Below are positions 26,447 to 36,816 of a DNA stretch of 64,000 nt, in pieces (the first letter of the stretch is position 1; each line of letters opens with the position of its first letter). The stretch covers positions 9,645 to 73,644 of the forward strand of contig JACPLG010000003.1 in NCBI GenBank assembly GCA_016186625.1, given 5' to 3'. The notes beneath the pieces were generated by a model. The model made no database searches. It saw only the letters and a program-made list of their open reading frames with translations, and was not told the origin of the DNA. The position numbers were made by a program, and so were the translations under genes. The DNA is from Candidatus Levyibacteriota bacterium (GTDB lineage: Bacteria > Patescibacteriota > Microgenomatia > Levybacterales > UBA12049).

Positions 26447-28098
26447 ACCTCAATAACTACCGGGAGGACCAGAGGGCGACGTTTGAGTTTTTTAACTAAA
26501 AACTTTTCAGCAATATTTCCTATTGTTCTTCTCATGTAAGTCCAATCAGTCACTTTATTCTTCTTAGGTTTTAAATTATTTCTTATTTCCGCTGACAAAC
26601 CGTTAATCAGCTCATTAACTTCCATGCCTGAAAATCCTCTGACAATAATGTTTGGCCGCTCCACCAAGCCCCCATATGTGTCTATTTCACAAAGAACAAT
26701 TACTACTCCCTCTTTTGAAATTTTCTCCCTATCTCTGAGAACAAACGTATCAACCTCCTCACCTGATACTTGGTCAACATAGACATTTTGTAAATGAATT
26801 TTATTGCCGAGTCTGGCACTGTCTTTTGTGAACGAAATTTCTTGTCCGTCATCCGCAAGCAAAACGTTCTTTTCCGAAAATCCATTTTTAATAGCTAGAT
26901 TTTTATACGCTATCATATGTTTATACGTCCCCCCAATTGGCAAAACGAAGTTTGGCCTGGTTAGCGCCATCATCAAAGACAAATCATTCTGACTTCCGTG
27001 TCCTGAAACATGAATTTGTTCTGAAATATCACTATAAATTACCCTGGCGCCAAGTTTTGCAATATCATCAATAAGAGCATTTATTGCTTCTTCATTTCCG
27101 GGAATTGGATCTGATGAAAATACAACTGCGTCTTTTGAAGTTAGGCTAATATCCCGGTGATCCCCATTTGCAATTCTTGACAGAGCCGAGCCTTCCTGCC
27201 CTTGACTGCCTGCAACTAATAAAACTACTTGTTTATCATTGTAATTTCTGATCTGTTTCAAATCTATTTCCATGTCCCTGTCTATTTTCATATATCCCAG
27301 GCTTACTCCCACTTCCATTGCTTTTATAAGTGAGCGGCCAACAAAGCAAACTTTGCGGTTCAAGCTCTTGGCAGCATCAAGCGCTTGATTAAGGCGGGAA
27401 ATGTTAGATGAATAAGTGGTAAAAATAAATTTTCCAGAAGTTGCTCTCATTTCTTCATATATTGTTTCTGCAATTTCATGCTCGGACGCAGTAAAACCGG
27501 GGCGTTCCGATCCTAGACAATCAGACATAAGACACAGCACCCCCTCATCTGTTTTTCTGACGATTTTTGAAAAATCCGTTTTCTTTCCATCATATGGGGT
27601 AAAATCAAATTTAAAGTCTGACCCATGATAGATATTTCCTGCAGGAGTTTTTATAAAAATGTTTGAAGTGTCCGGCACTGAATGGGTAATTCTAATAAAT
27701 GAAATTAGGAAATTTCCAAGTAAAATATCTTTGTCATAGTTAATACTTACTACTTTTTTCGAAATTCCAAATTCTTTGAGTTTTTCATTGGCAAAAGCTG
27801 CAGCAAGAGGGGGCGCAAATATTTCAAATTTACCTCGCAGTTGCGGGAGAATATAGGGAAGTGCTCCCATGTGATCTTCATGCCCGTGTGTTATTGCAAT
27901 GCCAACAATTTTTTTATTTGGATTTTTTGTAAAATAAGTTGTATCCGGAAGCACCAGATCAACTCCTAGCATTGTCTCATCTGCAAACCCCAAACCGCAG
28001 TCTACGATCAAAATTTCATTTTTGTATTCATAAAGATGCATGTTTTTAGTAACATTTGCTACTCCGCCAAGTGAAATATATTTTAAAGTATTATCCAT
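26443..28098 (-). CDS. rnj: Ribonuclease J (beta-CASP metallo-beta-lactamase)
   Basis: GIAITHGHEDHMGALPY (HxHxDH); HVSGHGSQNDL. Confidence 0.9.
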   Translation of the reverse strand: MDNTLKYISLGGVANVTKNMHLYEYKNEILIVDCGLGFADETMLGVDLVLPDTTYFTKNPNKKIVGIAITHGHEDHMGALPYILPQLRGKFEIFAPPLAAAFANEKLKEFGISKKVVSINYDKDILLGNFLISFIRITHSVPDTSNIFIKTPAGNIYHGSDFKFDFTPYDGKKTDFSKIVRKTDEGVLCLMSDCLGSERPGFTASEHEIAETIYEEMRATSGKFIFTTYSSNISRLNQALDAAKSLNRKVCFVGRSLIKAMEVGVSLGYMKIDRDMEIDLKQIRNYNDKQVVLLVAGSQGQEGSALSRIANGDHRDISLTSKDAVVFSSDPIPGNEEAINALIDDIAKLGARVIYSDISEQIHVSGHGSQNDLSLMMALTRPNFVLPIGGTYKHMIAYKNLAIKNGFSEKNVLLADDGQEISFTKDSARLGNKIHLQNVYVDQVSGEEVDTFVLRDREKISKEGVVIVLCEIDTYGGLVERPNIIVRGFSGMEVNELINGLSAEIRNNLKPKKNKVTDWTYMRRTIGNIAEKFLVKKLKRRPLVLPVVIEV

Positions 28099-28100
28099 AA

Positions 28101-29159
28101 TCAGTTTAAGAGAAATTGTGAAATGTTCTTAGAATTAAGTGTAACTTGGGTATTGGCTCCAATTTTGCCTTCAACAATTAGACGTGCAACTTTTCTGCAA
28201 ATTCCTTCAATTGTGCGCTCAAGAGTTCTTATTCCAGAATCATATCCAAGTGGTCTAATAATAATTGGCCAGGTATTATCTTCAATTTTTACTATGTTTG
28301 GAGGAAGTCCGCAAGCTTTCGCAATTTTGGGAAAAAGAAAATTTTTCCCAATCATAAATTTTTCTTCGTCGCTATAGGACGGCATTTGTATAATTTCCAG
28401 CCTATCCAGTACTGCTGTTGCAATATTTGTTGTATTATTTGCAGTTGCAATAAATAAGATCCTGGATAAATCAACCGGATAATCAATGTAATGATCAGTA
28501 AATGCCTGGTTTTGCTCAGGGTCCAAAAGCTCAACTAAAACTCCCATAATATCTGCTCGGGCATCCTCTGTTACGCGATCCAGCTCATCTAAAAGAATCA
28601 CGCAGTTTTTTGATTTTGTATGTATCATTTTTTTAATAATTTGTCCCGGTTCTGCATCTGCAAAAAGGCGAGACTGACCTCTCAAATCCCTAACATCTCC
28701 CATTCCCCCCAAAGGGACTCTTTCAAAATTTCTTCCAAGGCTTTGAGCAATTGAAGCTGCCAATGTTGTTTTCCCTGTTCCAACTAGCCCCACCAAACAG
28801 ATAATCGGGGCACGATTGCCCTTCTGTCCATTCTTAAGATTTAGAATAAGGGAAGCTAAATATTCTAAAATTCTGTCTTTTACATCTTGCAGTCCATAAT
28901 GATTTTTATCAAGCATTTGCTTTGCGAAGCTTAGGTCTAAATTGTCTTTTGTTTCAGCTTCAAATGGAATTTGAGAAATTACATTAAGATAATTTGCAAC
29001 ACTTTCTAAATTACTGTAAGTTCCCCCTTGTCTAAGCGATATTTTTAAAATATTAATCATTCCTTTTGCTTTTTCCAAAAGTTCCGGCGGAAACCGGGCG
29101 GAATTTATTTTCTGGTCTAGAAGTTTGATTTGATTATCTAAGTCCTGGGCAGAATCCAT
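28101..29159 (-). CDS. Lon-type AAA+ ATPase module without Lon N-domain or S16 protease domain
   Basis: Matches the Lon ATPase region closely from memory: DHYGL..VKDRILEYLA, Walker A GLVGTGKTTLA, VLVELLDPEQNQAFTDHYIDYPVDLSRILFIATAN, and the sensor GYDSGIRTLER. Confidence 0.8.
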   Translation of the reverse strand: MDSAQDLDNQIKLLDQKINSARFPPELLEKAKGMINILKISLRQGGTYSNLESVANYLNVISQIPFEAETKDNLDLSFAKQMLDKNHYGLQDVKDRILEYLASLILNLKNGQKGNRAPIICLVGLVGTGKTTLAASIAQSLGRNFERVPLGGMGDVRDLRGQSRLFADAEPGQIIKKMIHTKSKNCVILLDELDRVTEDARADIMGVLVELLDPEQNQAFTDHYIDYPVDLSRILFIATANNTTNIATAVLDRLEIIQMPSYSDEEKFMIGKNFLFPKIAKACGLPPNIVKIEDNTWPIIIRPLGYDSGIRTLERTIEGICRKVARLIVEGKIGANTQVTLNSKNISQFLLN

Positions 29160-29203
29160 ATATTAATATTACCAGTTAATAGATACTAGATACTAGTTAT
29201 TAG

Positions 29204-29728
29204 TTAAAAAAATCGAACTGATCTGTATTTACCATCACCCAATACACCTTCATCAATTTGTTTTATGTCGGCAAAGTTCCCGTCATCTCCAACAGCAAAA
29301 AAAGTTTTGTCGCTATCGCTAATTCCTTTTAATAACTTTATAAAGGGGCTGTATATTCTAGCACCTTGAATTTGATATATCACTTCATCGCGGTCTTTAA
29401 ATTCAACAATCCAACCAACATTCCAAAATTTACGGTAATTTTTTGCTTCCAGAATAATATATTTTTTCCATCCACCAAGCAAGGGTATGTGATAAAAAGG
29501 GAAACCTTTAACTGAGTGTCTTGATGGATCATCTCCTGTTATCTTTACAATCTTGTTCTTCGGTACTTTAATTGATGGATAGTTTCTCATGTGCCATCTA
29601 TGTGTTTCTTGGGGAAGTTCAAGTTTAAAACCACAAAGAATCCACATCAAAGGAAAAAGTAAATAGTCGAATACTCTAAAATATGCTGGCACTTTCTGTA
29701 TTTTCATTTCCAAAATGGAGTATAGCAA
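29204..29728 (-). CDS. Hypothetical protein (174 aa)
   Basis: ORF track. Confidence 0.4.
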   Translation of the reverse strand: MLYSILEMKIQKVPAYFRVFDYLLFPLMWILCGFKLELPQETHRWHMRNYPSIKVPKNKIVKITGDDPSRHSVKGFPFYHIPLLGGWKKYIILEAKNYRKFWNVGWIVEFKDRDEVIYQIQGARIYSPFIKLLKGISDSDKTFFAVGDDGNFADIKQIDEGVLGDGKYRSVRFF

Positions 29729-29760
29729 AATAAACTAATTACTAGTCTCTAGTCTCTAGT

Positions 29761-32127
29761 CTAGTAGCGGGTTTTCTTAAACGGCCTGGGTCCTCGGTCT
29801 CTTCGGAATTTTTCTTCTCGCTCGCGTCTGAATTGCATTGCCAGTGGGTGCTCCGATCTTCCACCTCTTAGATCGTCATGTCTGGGTCCTCTCATTGGTC
29901 TTCCTCCCGAAGGCTGATATGAAGGTCTTGATCGAGGATGATAAGGCCTGTCTTCTCCTCTGTCTCCGCGATTGTCAAACCCGCCTCGATCCGAGCCTCC
30001 ACGATCTCCGCCGCTCGGCGCGTCTTTGTCCGAACCAAACTTCATGGAAAGATTAATTCTTCCCTGCTCGTCAATTTCAATAACGCGAACCTTAACTTTG
30101 TCGCCTATATTAACTATATCAGCAGGATTTTTAACAAAATCATCGGACATTTGGGAAACGTGCACCATACCTTCTTTACCTGGTAAGAATTCTACAAATG
30201 CTCCAAAAGGAAGCATTCTTTTTACTTCTCCTTCAAAAATTTCTCCGGGACTAACTTCGCGCATCATATTTTTTACCCAATCATAAGCTTTTTGGACTGC
30301 TTCTTGATCAATTCCTGAAACAGTTACTGTCCCGTCATCTTCAACATCAACCTCTGCTCCTGTCTGGGCAATAATATTCTTTATAGTTTTTCCGCCTGGA
30401 CCAATTAGCTCTCCGATTTTATCAACCGGAATTTTGATTGTTTCAATTTTTGGAGCAAACTCTGAAATATTTTCCCTAGGAGCGGGAATGGTTGCTTTCA
30501 TAACCTCTAAAATTTGAAGCCGAGCTGCTTTTGCTCTTTCAAAAATATTTTTTATTTGCTCAATTGTTAGTCCTGGTATTTTTACATCGAGCTGGATTGC
30601 CGTTACTCCGGTATCAGTTCCGGCAACTTTAAAATCCATATCTCCTGAAAAATCTTCAAGGCCAATTATATCTGTGAGAAGTTCGTATGACTTCCCATCA
30701 GACATCATTCCAATTGAAATTCCGGCAACTGGTTTTTTAATAGGAACTCCTGCATCCATTAAAGCTAGGGTTGAGCCGCATACGGAAGCCTGAGAACTTG
30801 ACCCGTTTTGGGAAAGAACTTCTGAAACAACGCGAATTGTATACGGAAAATCTGTTTGCGATGGAACAACTGCTTCAAGAGCTCTTTCTGCCAAGGCTCC
30901 GTGTCCTATCTCACGTCTTGTTGGTACACCTACACGCCCTGTCTGACCAAAAGAGTAAGGAAGCCCTGAGTAATGATGAATGTATCTTTTTGATTCCTCG
31001 CCCTCGGCAGACTCTATCAACTGCTCAAGCCTTGGAGATCCCAGAGTAACAACAGATAAAGCTTGCGTTATTCCTCTTTGAAATAAGGCAGATCCATGAG
31101 TTCTAGGCAGGATTCCTACCTTTATTTCAATTGGGCGAATTTCATCCATTTTTCGGGAGTCCGGTCTTTTTTTCTTAGTCAAAATATTGCTTCTAATTAT
31201 TTTAAACATTACTTTTTCCAGAGCCTGGGCAACTGTTTTTTTATCAATTTCAGAGGTTGAATCTTTTACTTTTACGCTGTCATAAATTTTATCTATAACA
31301 GCCCCTGTCTCATCTCCTCCGCTTTCTTTATTTACTCTTGAATCAATTAAACCTTGAACTTCTTCTTTGTAGGATTTTTCTACGAGAGCTATCATTTCAT
31401 GAAGATCCTCTTCCTGGGGAATTGGTAATTTTGTTTGTCCCGACTTTTTTATTAGTTCTTCTATCCCCGCAATTATTTTTTGATTCTCCAAGTAAGCTTT
31501 TTCTATTGCTTCTATCAAGATTTGCTCTTCTATTTGGTTGGCTCCTGCCTCAATCATTACTGTTTTATCTTTTGATTGAGAGACTACCAAATCAAGTTCT
31601 GAAAATTCCTGCTCGCTTCCCGGATTTATAATGCAGGCTGTTTCTCCATTTCCTTTCTCTTTAACACACCCAACTCTTACGGCACCAATTGGCCCGTTCC
31701 ACGGAATTCTTGATGTTGACAGCGCTGCGGAGACTGCGTTTAAAGCCACGATATCAGGTTCATTTTCTCCATCAACAGAAAGAACAGTCACAATTACTTG
31801 AACTTCGTTTTTAAATGCTTTGGGAAATAACGGACGGACAGAGCGATCAATTAGGCGTCCCGCCAAAATTGCCTCATCAGAGGGGCGTCCTTCTCGCTTT
31901 ACCCAGCGCGAACCTTTAATTTTCCCACCTGCATATAGCCGTTCTACGTATTCTACTGAAAGCGGAAAATAATCCAGATCCGTCTCTCCTCCTTCAACAA
32001 CTGTTGCAAGAACAACCGTATCTCCAAGCCGGCCCAAAACTGAAGATGTTGCTTGCGCAGCTAAATCTCCCGTCTCAAAGGTTAATTTTTTACCTGCTAA
32101 TTCTAACTCCACTGAGGCTTTTTTCAT
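29761..32127 (-). CDS. pnp: Polynucleotide phosphorylase (PNPase) with Arg/Gly-rich C-terminal tail
   Basis: Two RNase PH domains, KH and S1 (GEIFEGEVKRMLPFGAFVEF), and an RGG-like tail. Confidence 0.9.
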   Translation of the reverse strand: MKKASVELELAGKKLTFETGDLAAQATSSVLGRLGDTVVLATVVEGGETDLDYFPLSVEYVERLYAGGKIKGSRWVKREGRPSDEAILAGRLIDRSVRPLFPKAFKNEVQVIVTVLSVDGENEPDIVALNAVSAALSTSRIPWNGPIGAVRVGCVKEKGNGETACIINPGSEQEFSELDLVVSQSKDKTVMIEAGANQIEEQILIEAIEKAYLENQKIIAGIEELIKKSGQTKLPIPQEEDLHEMIALVEKSYKEEVQGLIDSRVNKESGGDETGAVIDKIYDSVKVKDSTSEIDKKTVAQALEKVMFKIIRSNILTKKKRPDSRKMDEIRPIEIKVGILPRTHGSALFQRGITQALSVVTLGSPRLEQLIESAEGEESKRYIHHYSGLPYSFGQTGRVGVPTRREIGHGALAERALEAVVPSQTDFPYTIRVVSEVLSQNGSSSQASVCGSTLALMDAGVPIKKPVAGISIGMMSDGKSYELLTDIIGLEDFSGDMDFKVAGTDTGVTAIQLDVKIPGLTIEQIKNIFERAKAARLQILEVMKATIPAPRENISEFAPKIETIKIPVDKIGELIGPGGKTIKNIIAQTGAEVDVEDDGTVTVSGIDQEAVQKAYDWVKNMMREVSPGEIFEGEVKRMLPFGAFVEFLPGKEGMVHVSQMSDDFVKNPADIVNIGDKVKVRVIEIDEQGRINLSMKFGSDKDAPSGGDRGGSDRGGFDNRGDRGEDRPYHPRSRPSYQPSGGRPMRGPRHDDLRGGRSEHPLAMQFRREREEKFRRDRGPRPFKKTRY

Positions 32128-32303
32128 TAATATCTAATCTTTCTTTCGTAACTCATTATCAAGAAGCGTTCGGGGGTTTATCACTTATTCTACAGTCCGA
32201 ACAATATTGTTAAATGGTTACATGGCTAAATCTTTAATCGTTTTCAATTAACTATTTAGCTATGTATCTATTCTTCCCTTATAGCTATTTTAGCTTTTTA
32301 TTC

Positions 32304-32573
32304 TTAATCTTTCAATCCTACTTTTTTAGTAATTTCTGACGATCTTGCTTTATCTACTTTTAATAAAAAATTAAGTAGCCTTCTTCTTTTTGCAATCATT
32401 GATAAAAGTCCGCGCCTTGAATGAACATCATGGCTGTGTGCTTTCAAATGATCCGTCAATTTTTCAATGCGGGTTGTTAAAAGCGCAATCTGAACTTCAG
32501 GACTTCCCGTATCTCCTTTTACTGTTTGAAATTTCTTAATTATTTCTTGCTTTTGCGAAGTTGTAAGTGGCAT
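32304..32573 (-). CDS. rpsO: 30S ribosomal protein S15
   Basis: GDTGSPEVQIALLTTRIEKLTDHLKAHSHDVHSRRGLLSMIAKRRRLLNFL is canonical S15. Confidence 0.9.
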   Translation of the reverse strand: MPLTTSQKQEIIKKFQTVKGDTGSPEVQIALLTTRIEKLTDHLKAHSHDVHSRRGLLSMIAKRRRLLNFLLKVDKARSSEITKKVGLKD

Positions 32574-32698
32574 ACCTTATTAATTTAAAATTTCAAATTT
32601 CAAATTCTTTTGTGTATTATACCAAGAATTTTTAAATTTAACAATCTTGTTGTTCAGTCAACTATTCCAACCATTTTAGCCATACAAACTATTTTAGA

Positions 32699-33688
32699 CT
32701 ATTCAACGTTGGTTGAGCCTTTGTATATTTTTGGCGATAGCCAATCCGGAGGGGCTTCCTGCCTGCCGGCAGGCAGGTCATCTTTTTTTTGCTCCCTTGG
32801 AAATTCCCTTATTGATTGTGGCGAAGAGGAACGAGCTACTTGCGATGCGGGTGTTTGAACTGCTTGCGGTGAGACTGATCTGCCCATCCCCGGTCTTGCA
32901 GGAGGGCTGGGATATCCAAAAGATTGCGGGCTAACTCTTTGTGTCATTGGTTGGGTCCTTGGACTAACACTTTCTCTAAATGCACCATTTCTAAGAAGAA
33001 TTCCGGTCATTTCAAATGCGAGTGAGCTTGTTTGCGGACTTTGAAAATCCGCTGTTGCCGAAACTATTCCATCCATTAAATTCTGAGAAATATCAGGATC
33101 CATGGGATATGCAAGGGTCACCAAGATATTGGCGATTTGCTCAGAAATAGACGATGCAGTCTGACCAATTACTACAATATCTCCAAATCCTTCATTATTA
33201 CCAAATTTGTCAATATTAACAATTGTTGTATCCTTAAGTCTGTCTATGCTAAATTGGGCTGAAAGTTCCGAGAGTCTTTTGACTCCTACTGCAATAAGTA
33301 CTTGTGGGACTTCTCCTGATCTTCTGAAAAGAACATCTTTTTCTCCAAAAGAAAGAGAATTTTCCTTAGGTTTGACAATAATGTTTAGAAGTCCACTTTC
33401 AAGAGTGTAAGAAACTTTTCCAATCTCATCTCCTTGATAGGGAAACGAAACCACTAAATCTCCACTTTTTGATTCGAAGTAGGGCTTAACCTTGTCTATT
33501 CCGACTAAATTTGATACCTCTACCAAAGGCTCCCTAGAGGAAATTACTGATACGTCTTTACCTAAAGAGCTAAGCGCAAGATAAAGTGCGAGTGCTCCTC
33601 CCATTTCATCAAGGCTATAACCAGATCCAACAACAATAGCAAAACTTGCTTTTGTATCAAAAATTTCTCTTAATCTTTGGAGTTCCAT
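32699..33688 (-). CDS. DHH/DHHA1-family NrnA-like protein with degenerate DHH motif and low-complexity C-terminal tail
   Basis: Conserved position between infB and rpsO. FAIVVGSGYSLDEMGGALALYLALSSLGK aligns to the NrnA N-terminus but lacks DHH. The tail contains the 20-bp palindrome. Confidence 0.5.
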   Translation of the reverse strand: MELQRLREIFDTKASFAIVVGSGYSLDEMGGALALYLALSSLGKDVSVISSREPLVEVSNLVGIDKVKPYFESKSGDLVVSFPYQGDEIGKVSYTLESGLLNIIVKPKENSLSFGEKDVLFRRSGEVPQVLIAVGVKRLSELSAQFSIDRLKDTTIVNIDKFGNNEGFGDIVVIGQTASSISEQIANILVTLAYPMDPDISQNLMDGIVSATADFQSPQTSSLAFEMTGILLRNGAFRESVSPRTQPMTQRVSPQSFGYPSPPARPGMGRSVSPQAVQTPASQVARSSSPQSIREFPREQKKDDLPAGRQEAPPDWLSPKIYKGSTNVE

Positions 33689-33784
33689 ATTAATCGCTTA
33701 AGCTCAAAATAATAAATTAAAAATTATATCTCAAAGATTTTAGATTTAACCTATTATTTTTAATTTAAATTCTATAGGATATTT

Positions 33785-35236
33785 TTAGCTATGGCATATT
33801 ACCATATCTCCAATATTAAAGTCAAGGGATGGACCAATAATTATTCCTGCTTCCCCCCCCGCCTCCACTTTTGATTTTTGCTCTTTACCCTGTCTTACGG
33901 AATTTATATGGCCACCTCCAATAACTTCTTCTCCCCGTTCAATTCTTACCTTATCACCCTTGGCAACTCTTCCTTCAAGAACTTTTACCCCCATAACGGT
34001 TTGTTTGTCAAATGGAAAACTTGCCAAAATTTTTGCAGTGCCATAAATCTCTTCCAAAAGCGATAGCTCTTTTCCTTCAACTACATCTGCAATTTCATCA
34101 AGCATTTCATAGATGACTGTATAATTCTTCACCAAAACTTTCTCATTTAAAGCCAATTTTGCAATATCAGGCTTTATTTTTATATTAAAACCTAAGACGA
34201 GCGCGCCTGTTGACTTGGCTAACAAAATGTCTGCTGAGGTGATATCCCCAGTTTTTTTAAGGATCACGTTTATTTTTGGAGGAAGAGATGTGTAAATAGC
34301 CTCAAGCGAACCAAATGTATCTGCAACCAAAATAAGAGAAACTACCCCCTCTTCATTTCTTACTGGTCTTTTTTCTGTTTTTTCTTCCTCCGCCGCCTCA
34401 GAGCCTTTGTTAACAACACTACCTACGCCGGGCACTCGCTCAAAGCCTAATACCTCAACTGCTTCTCCTATACTAGCTTCATTTATCTGTTTTCCTGAAT
34501 CTGATATCAAGCTTCTGACTTTTCCGGTGACCTCTCCTGTTGTAATCTGGTCTCTAACTGAAATTCTTCCGTTTTTGACAACAAGTGTTGCTTTTGCGCC
34601 CGCTTTTGGATCTTGTTTTGATTCTATAACTATAGCTTTTAATGGAGAACTCAAACTTACATTCTCTTCTGGGTGTAAATCTGAAACCAATAAAATTAGA
34701 TCCAATAACTCTTTGATATTTGTATTCTTCTTAGCGGAGACTTCAATTACAGGTACGTCCCCACCAAGTCCCTCAATTAAAACTTCTTCTCCGGCCAATT
34801 GTTTTTTTGCCTTTTCTGGATTTTTATGTGGATCGTCTGACTTGGTTAAAACAACAATATAAGGAATTTTTGAGGCTTTGAGTAAACTTATACTTTCTTT
34901 TGTCTGGGGCATTACACCATCAACCGAGGAGACTATTAAAAGACCTATGTCTGCGGCCTGAGCTCCACGTGAACGCATCTTTGCAAAAGCCTGATGCCCT
35001 GGAGTATCAATAAAAGTAATCCACCTTTTTTTGCCTTCATGCTTGTCCTGAGCAGAGTCGAAGGATTCCACCTCAACGCTTGAGGCGCCGATTTTTTGTG
35101 TAATTCCGCCATGCTCCCGCTGCGCAACCCCGGTTTTTCTAATAGCATCAAGAAGTGTCGTTTTACCGTGGTCAACATGACCCAAAACTGCTACAACTGG
35201 AGGGAATTGCTGAATTGTTTTTTCGTTTTTTTCCAT
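33785..35236 (-). CDS. infB: Translation initiation factor IF-2 (short form, G domain to C-terminus)
   Basis: VVAVLGHVDHGKTTLLD (G1); DTPGH (G3); C-terminal beta-barrels. Confidence 0.9.
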   Translation of the reverse strand: MEKNEKTIQQFPPVVAVLGHVDHGKTTLLDAIRKTGVAQREHGGITQKIGASSVEVESFDSAQDKHEGKKRWITFIDTPGHQAFAKMRSRGAQAADIGLLIVSSVDGVMPQTKESISLLKASKIPYIVVLTKSDDPHKNPEKAKKQLAGEEVLIEGLGGDVPVIEVSAKKNTNIKELLDLILLVSDLHPEENVSLSSPLKAIVIESKQDPKAGAKATLVVKNGRISVRDQITTGEVTGKVRSLISDSGKQINEASIGEAVEVLGFERVPGVGSVVNKGSEAAEEEKTEKRPVRNEEGVVSLILVADTFGSLEAIYTSLPPKINVILKKTGDITSADILLAKSTGALVLGFNIKIKPDIAKLALNEKVLVKNYTVIYEMLDEIADVVEGKELSLLEEIYGTAKILASFPFDKQTVMGVKVLEGRVAKGDKVRIERGEEVIGGGHINSVRQGKEQKSKVEAGGEAGIIIGPSLDFNIGDMVICHS

Positions 35237-35382
35237 AAATTATTTAAATCCGAATATCGAATATCGAAACTCGAAACAATATCAAAATTCAAATGTTCAA
35301 ATTGACTAAACATATGTTTTGAATTTCGAATTTCTACTATTTGAATTTGTTTCGTATTTAGTGCTTCGGATTTCGAATTTGT

Positions 35383-36699
35383 TCATTTTTTAGCATCTGT
35401 ATCCGGATTTTCAGGCTGCATTGTTTCATTTTCCGACACTTCTTCTTTTATTTCAGCAGGAGCTTCGTCAGATTCATTGGCGGTAGCGTCCGAACCCTCC
35501 TGAGGTGAATCGGAAACCAACCCCTCGGCAGATTTTGTTCGTTTCTTAGCTTCTGTAGGTTGGTTTCCGCTTAGCGAGGAGGTGTCCAAACTCGATGCCT
35601 CCTCTGTAACCGTCTGAGCGTCACCCGAAGGAGGCGTTTGGTCGCTGGCGCCTTTTTTCTCATCATCTTTTTCAACTTTTGAAGTCTTTTCTTTTGCCTC
35701 GACCTCTTCAGACGGTGCTTCTTCCTCATCCTCCAAAGCTTCACTGGCAGATAGCTCACCTTCAATCTCAATCCTATATCCTGTAAGCTTTGAGGCTAAT
35801 CGGACATTCTGGCCGTCTTTTCCAATCGCCAGGGATAACTCTTCCTGCGGAACTTTAACTCTTGCAGTTTTTTCTTTCTCCGAAATTTCAACTGTTAAGT
35901 TTTTAGCAGGAGAAAGCGCCTGTATAACATAGTCCCTGGGGTTTTCCTGCCACTGAATTATGTCAATTTTTTCAAGACCGTTAAACTCCGCAATAATTGC
36001 CTGTACCCTAACACCTTTTTGGCCGACACAGCTTCCTACCGGATCGATTCCTGCCTGGGAGGAGGATACTGCAATTTTTGCTCTGTTTCCTGGTTCTCTT
36101 TCTATTGCTCTTATCTCAACAGAGCCTTGGGCAACTTCAGGAACTTCACGTTTTAATAAACCTTCGAGCAAACCATTATCTGCGCGAGAGACAACTACTT
36201 CTTCTCCTTTTGGACCTTCGTGGATTTCCTTAAGATAAACAGCCAATCGCTGATTCAGGTGATATTTTTCATTTGCAATCTGCTCCGCCGTAGGCATTAC
36301 TCCTTCTGCTTTTCCAATATCAACTATAATATTTGGGCCTGCAAATCTAAGAACCATGCCGTTAACAATTGTGCCAATTCGGACTTTGTAGTCTGTGATT
36401 ATTGCTTCTTTTTCTTTCTCTCGGATTCTTTGAAGTATGACTTGCTTGGCGGTTTGGGCGGCAATTCTTCCAAATCCTGGAGGAGTTACATCTTCTTTGT
36501 CATGGAAAATTCTGGCCTCACCTGAGTTAGAGTCCAGCGTTGCCGAGTACTCTTCAATTACAATATCAGGGTGATCTTTCCTATAGGCCGCCAGAATTGC
36601 GTTCTGGACTGTCTCAAGAACTATAGAGGGGTCAATGCCCCTTTCATTTGCTACCTGATTTAATGCGAGAGCAAACTCGCTTCTTTGGATTGCCGGCAT
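35383..36699 (-). CDS. nusA: Transcription termination/antitermination factor NusA with acidic C-terminal extension
   Basis: N-terminal NusA domain, S1, KH1/KH2 (GSCVGQKGVRVQAII; LAIGKDGQNVRLASKLTG). Confidence 0.9.
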   Translation of the reverse strand: MPAIQRSEFALALNQVANERGIDPSIVLETVQNAILAAYRKDHPDIVIEEYSATLDSNSGEARIFHDKEDVTPPGFGRIAAQTAKQVILQRIREKEKEAIITDYKVRIGTIVNGMVLRFAGPNIIVDIGKAEGVMPTAEQIANEKYHLNQRLAVYLKEIHEGPKGEEVVVSRADNGLLEGLLKREVPEVAQGSVEIRAIEREPGNRAKIAVSSSQAGIDPVGSCVGQKGVRVQAIIAEFNGLEKIDIIQWQENPRDYVIQALSPAKNLTVEISEKEKTARVKVPQEELSLAIGKDGQNVRLASKLTGYRIEIEGELSASEALEDEEEAPSEEVEAKEKTSKVEKDDEKKGASDQTPPSGDAQTVTEEASSLDTSSLSGNQPTEAKKRTKSAEGLVSDSPQEGSDATANESDEAPAEIKEEVSENETMQPENPDTDAKK

Positions 36700-36816
36700 A
36701 ATATAAATTAGGATTTAGGAATAAAGGATTTAAGTGATAAGTGACTTATCATTGTTTTCTTTTAATCCTGAAATCCTGTTGATAGAGTATACCAGAATAT
36801 GAGCCTAGCTTCAAGG

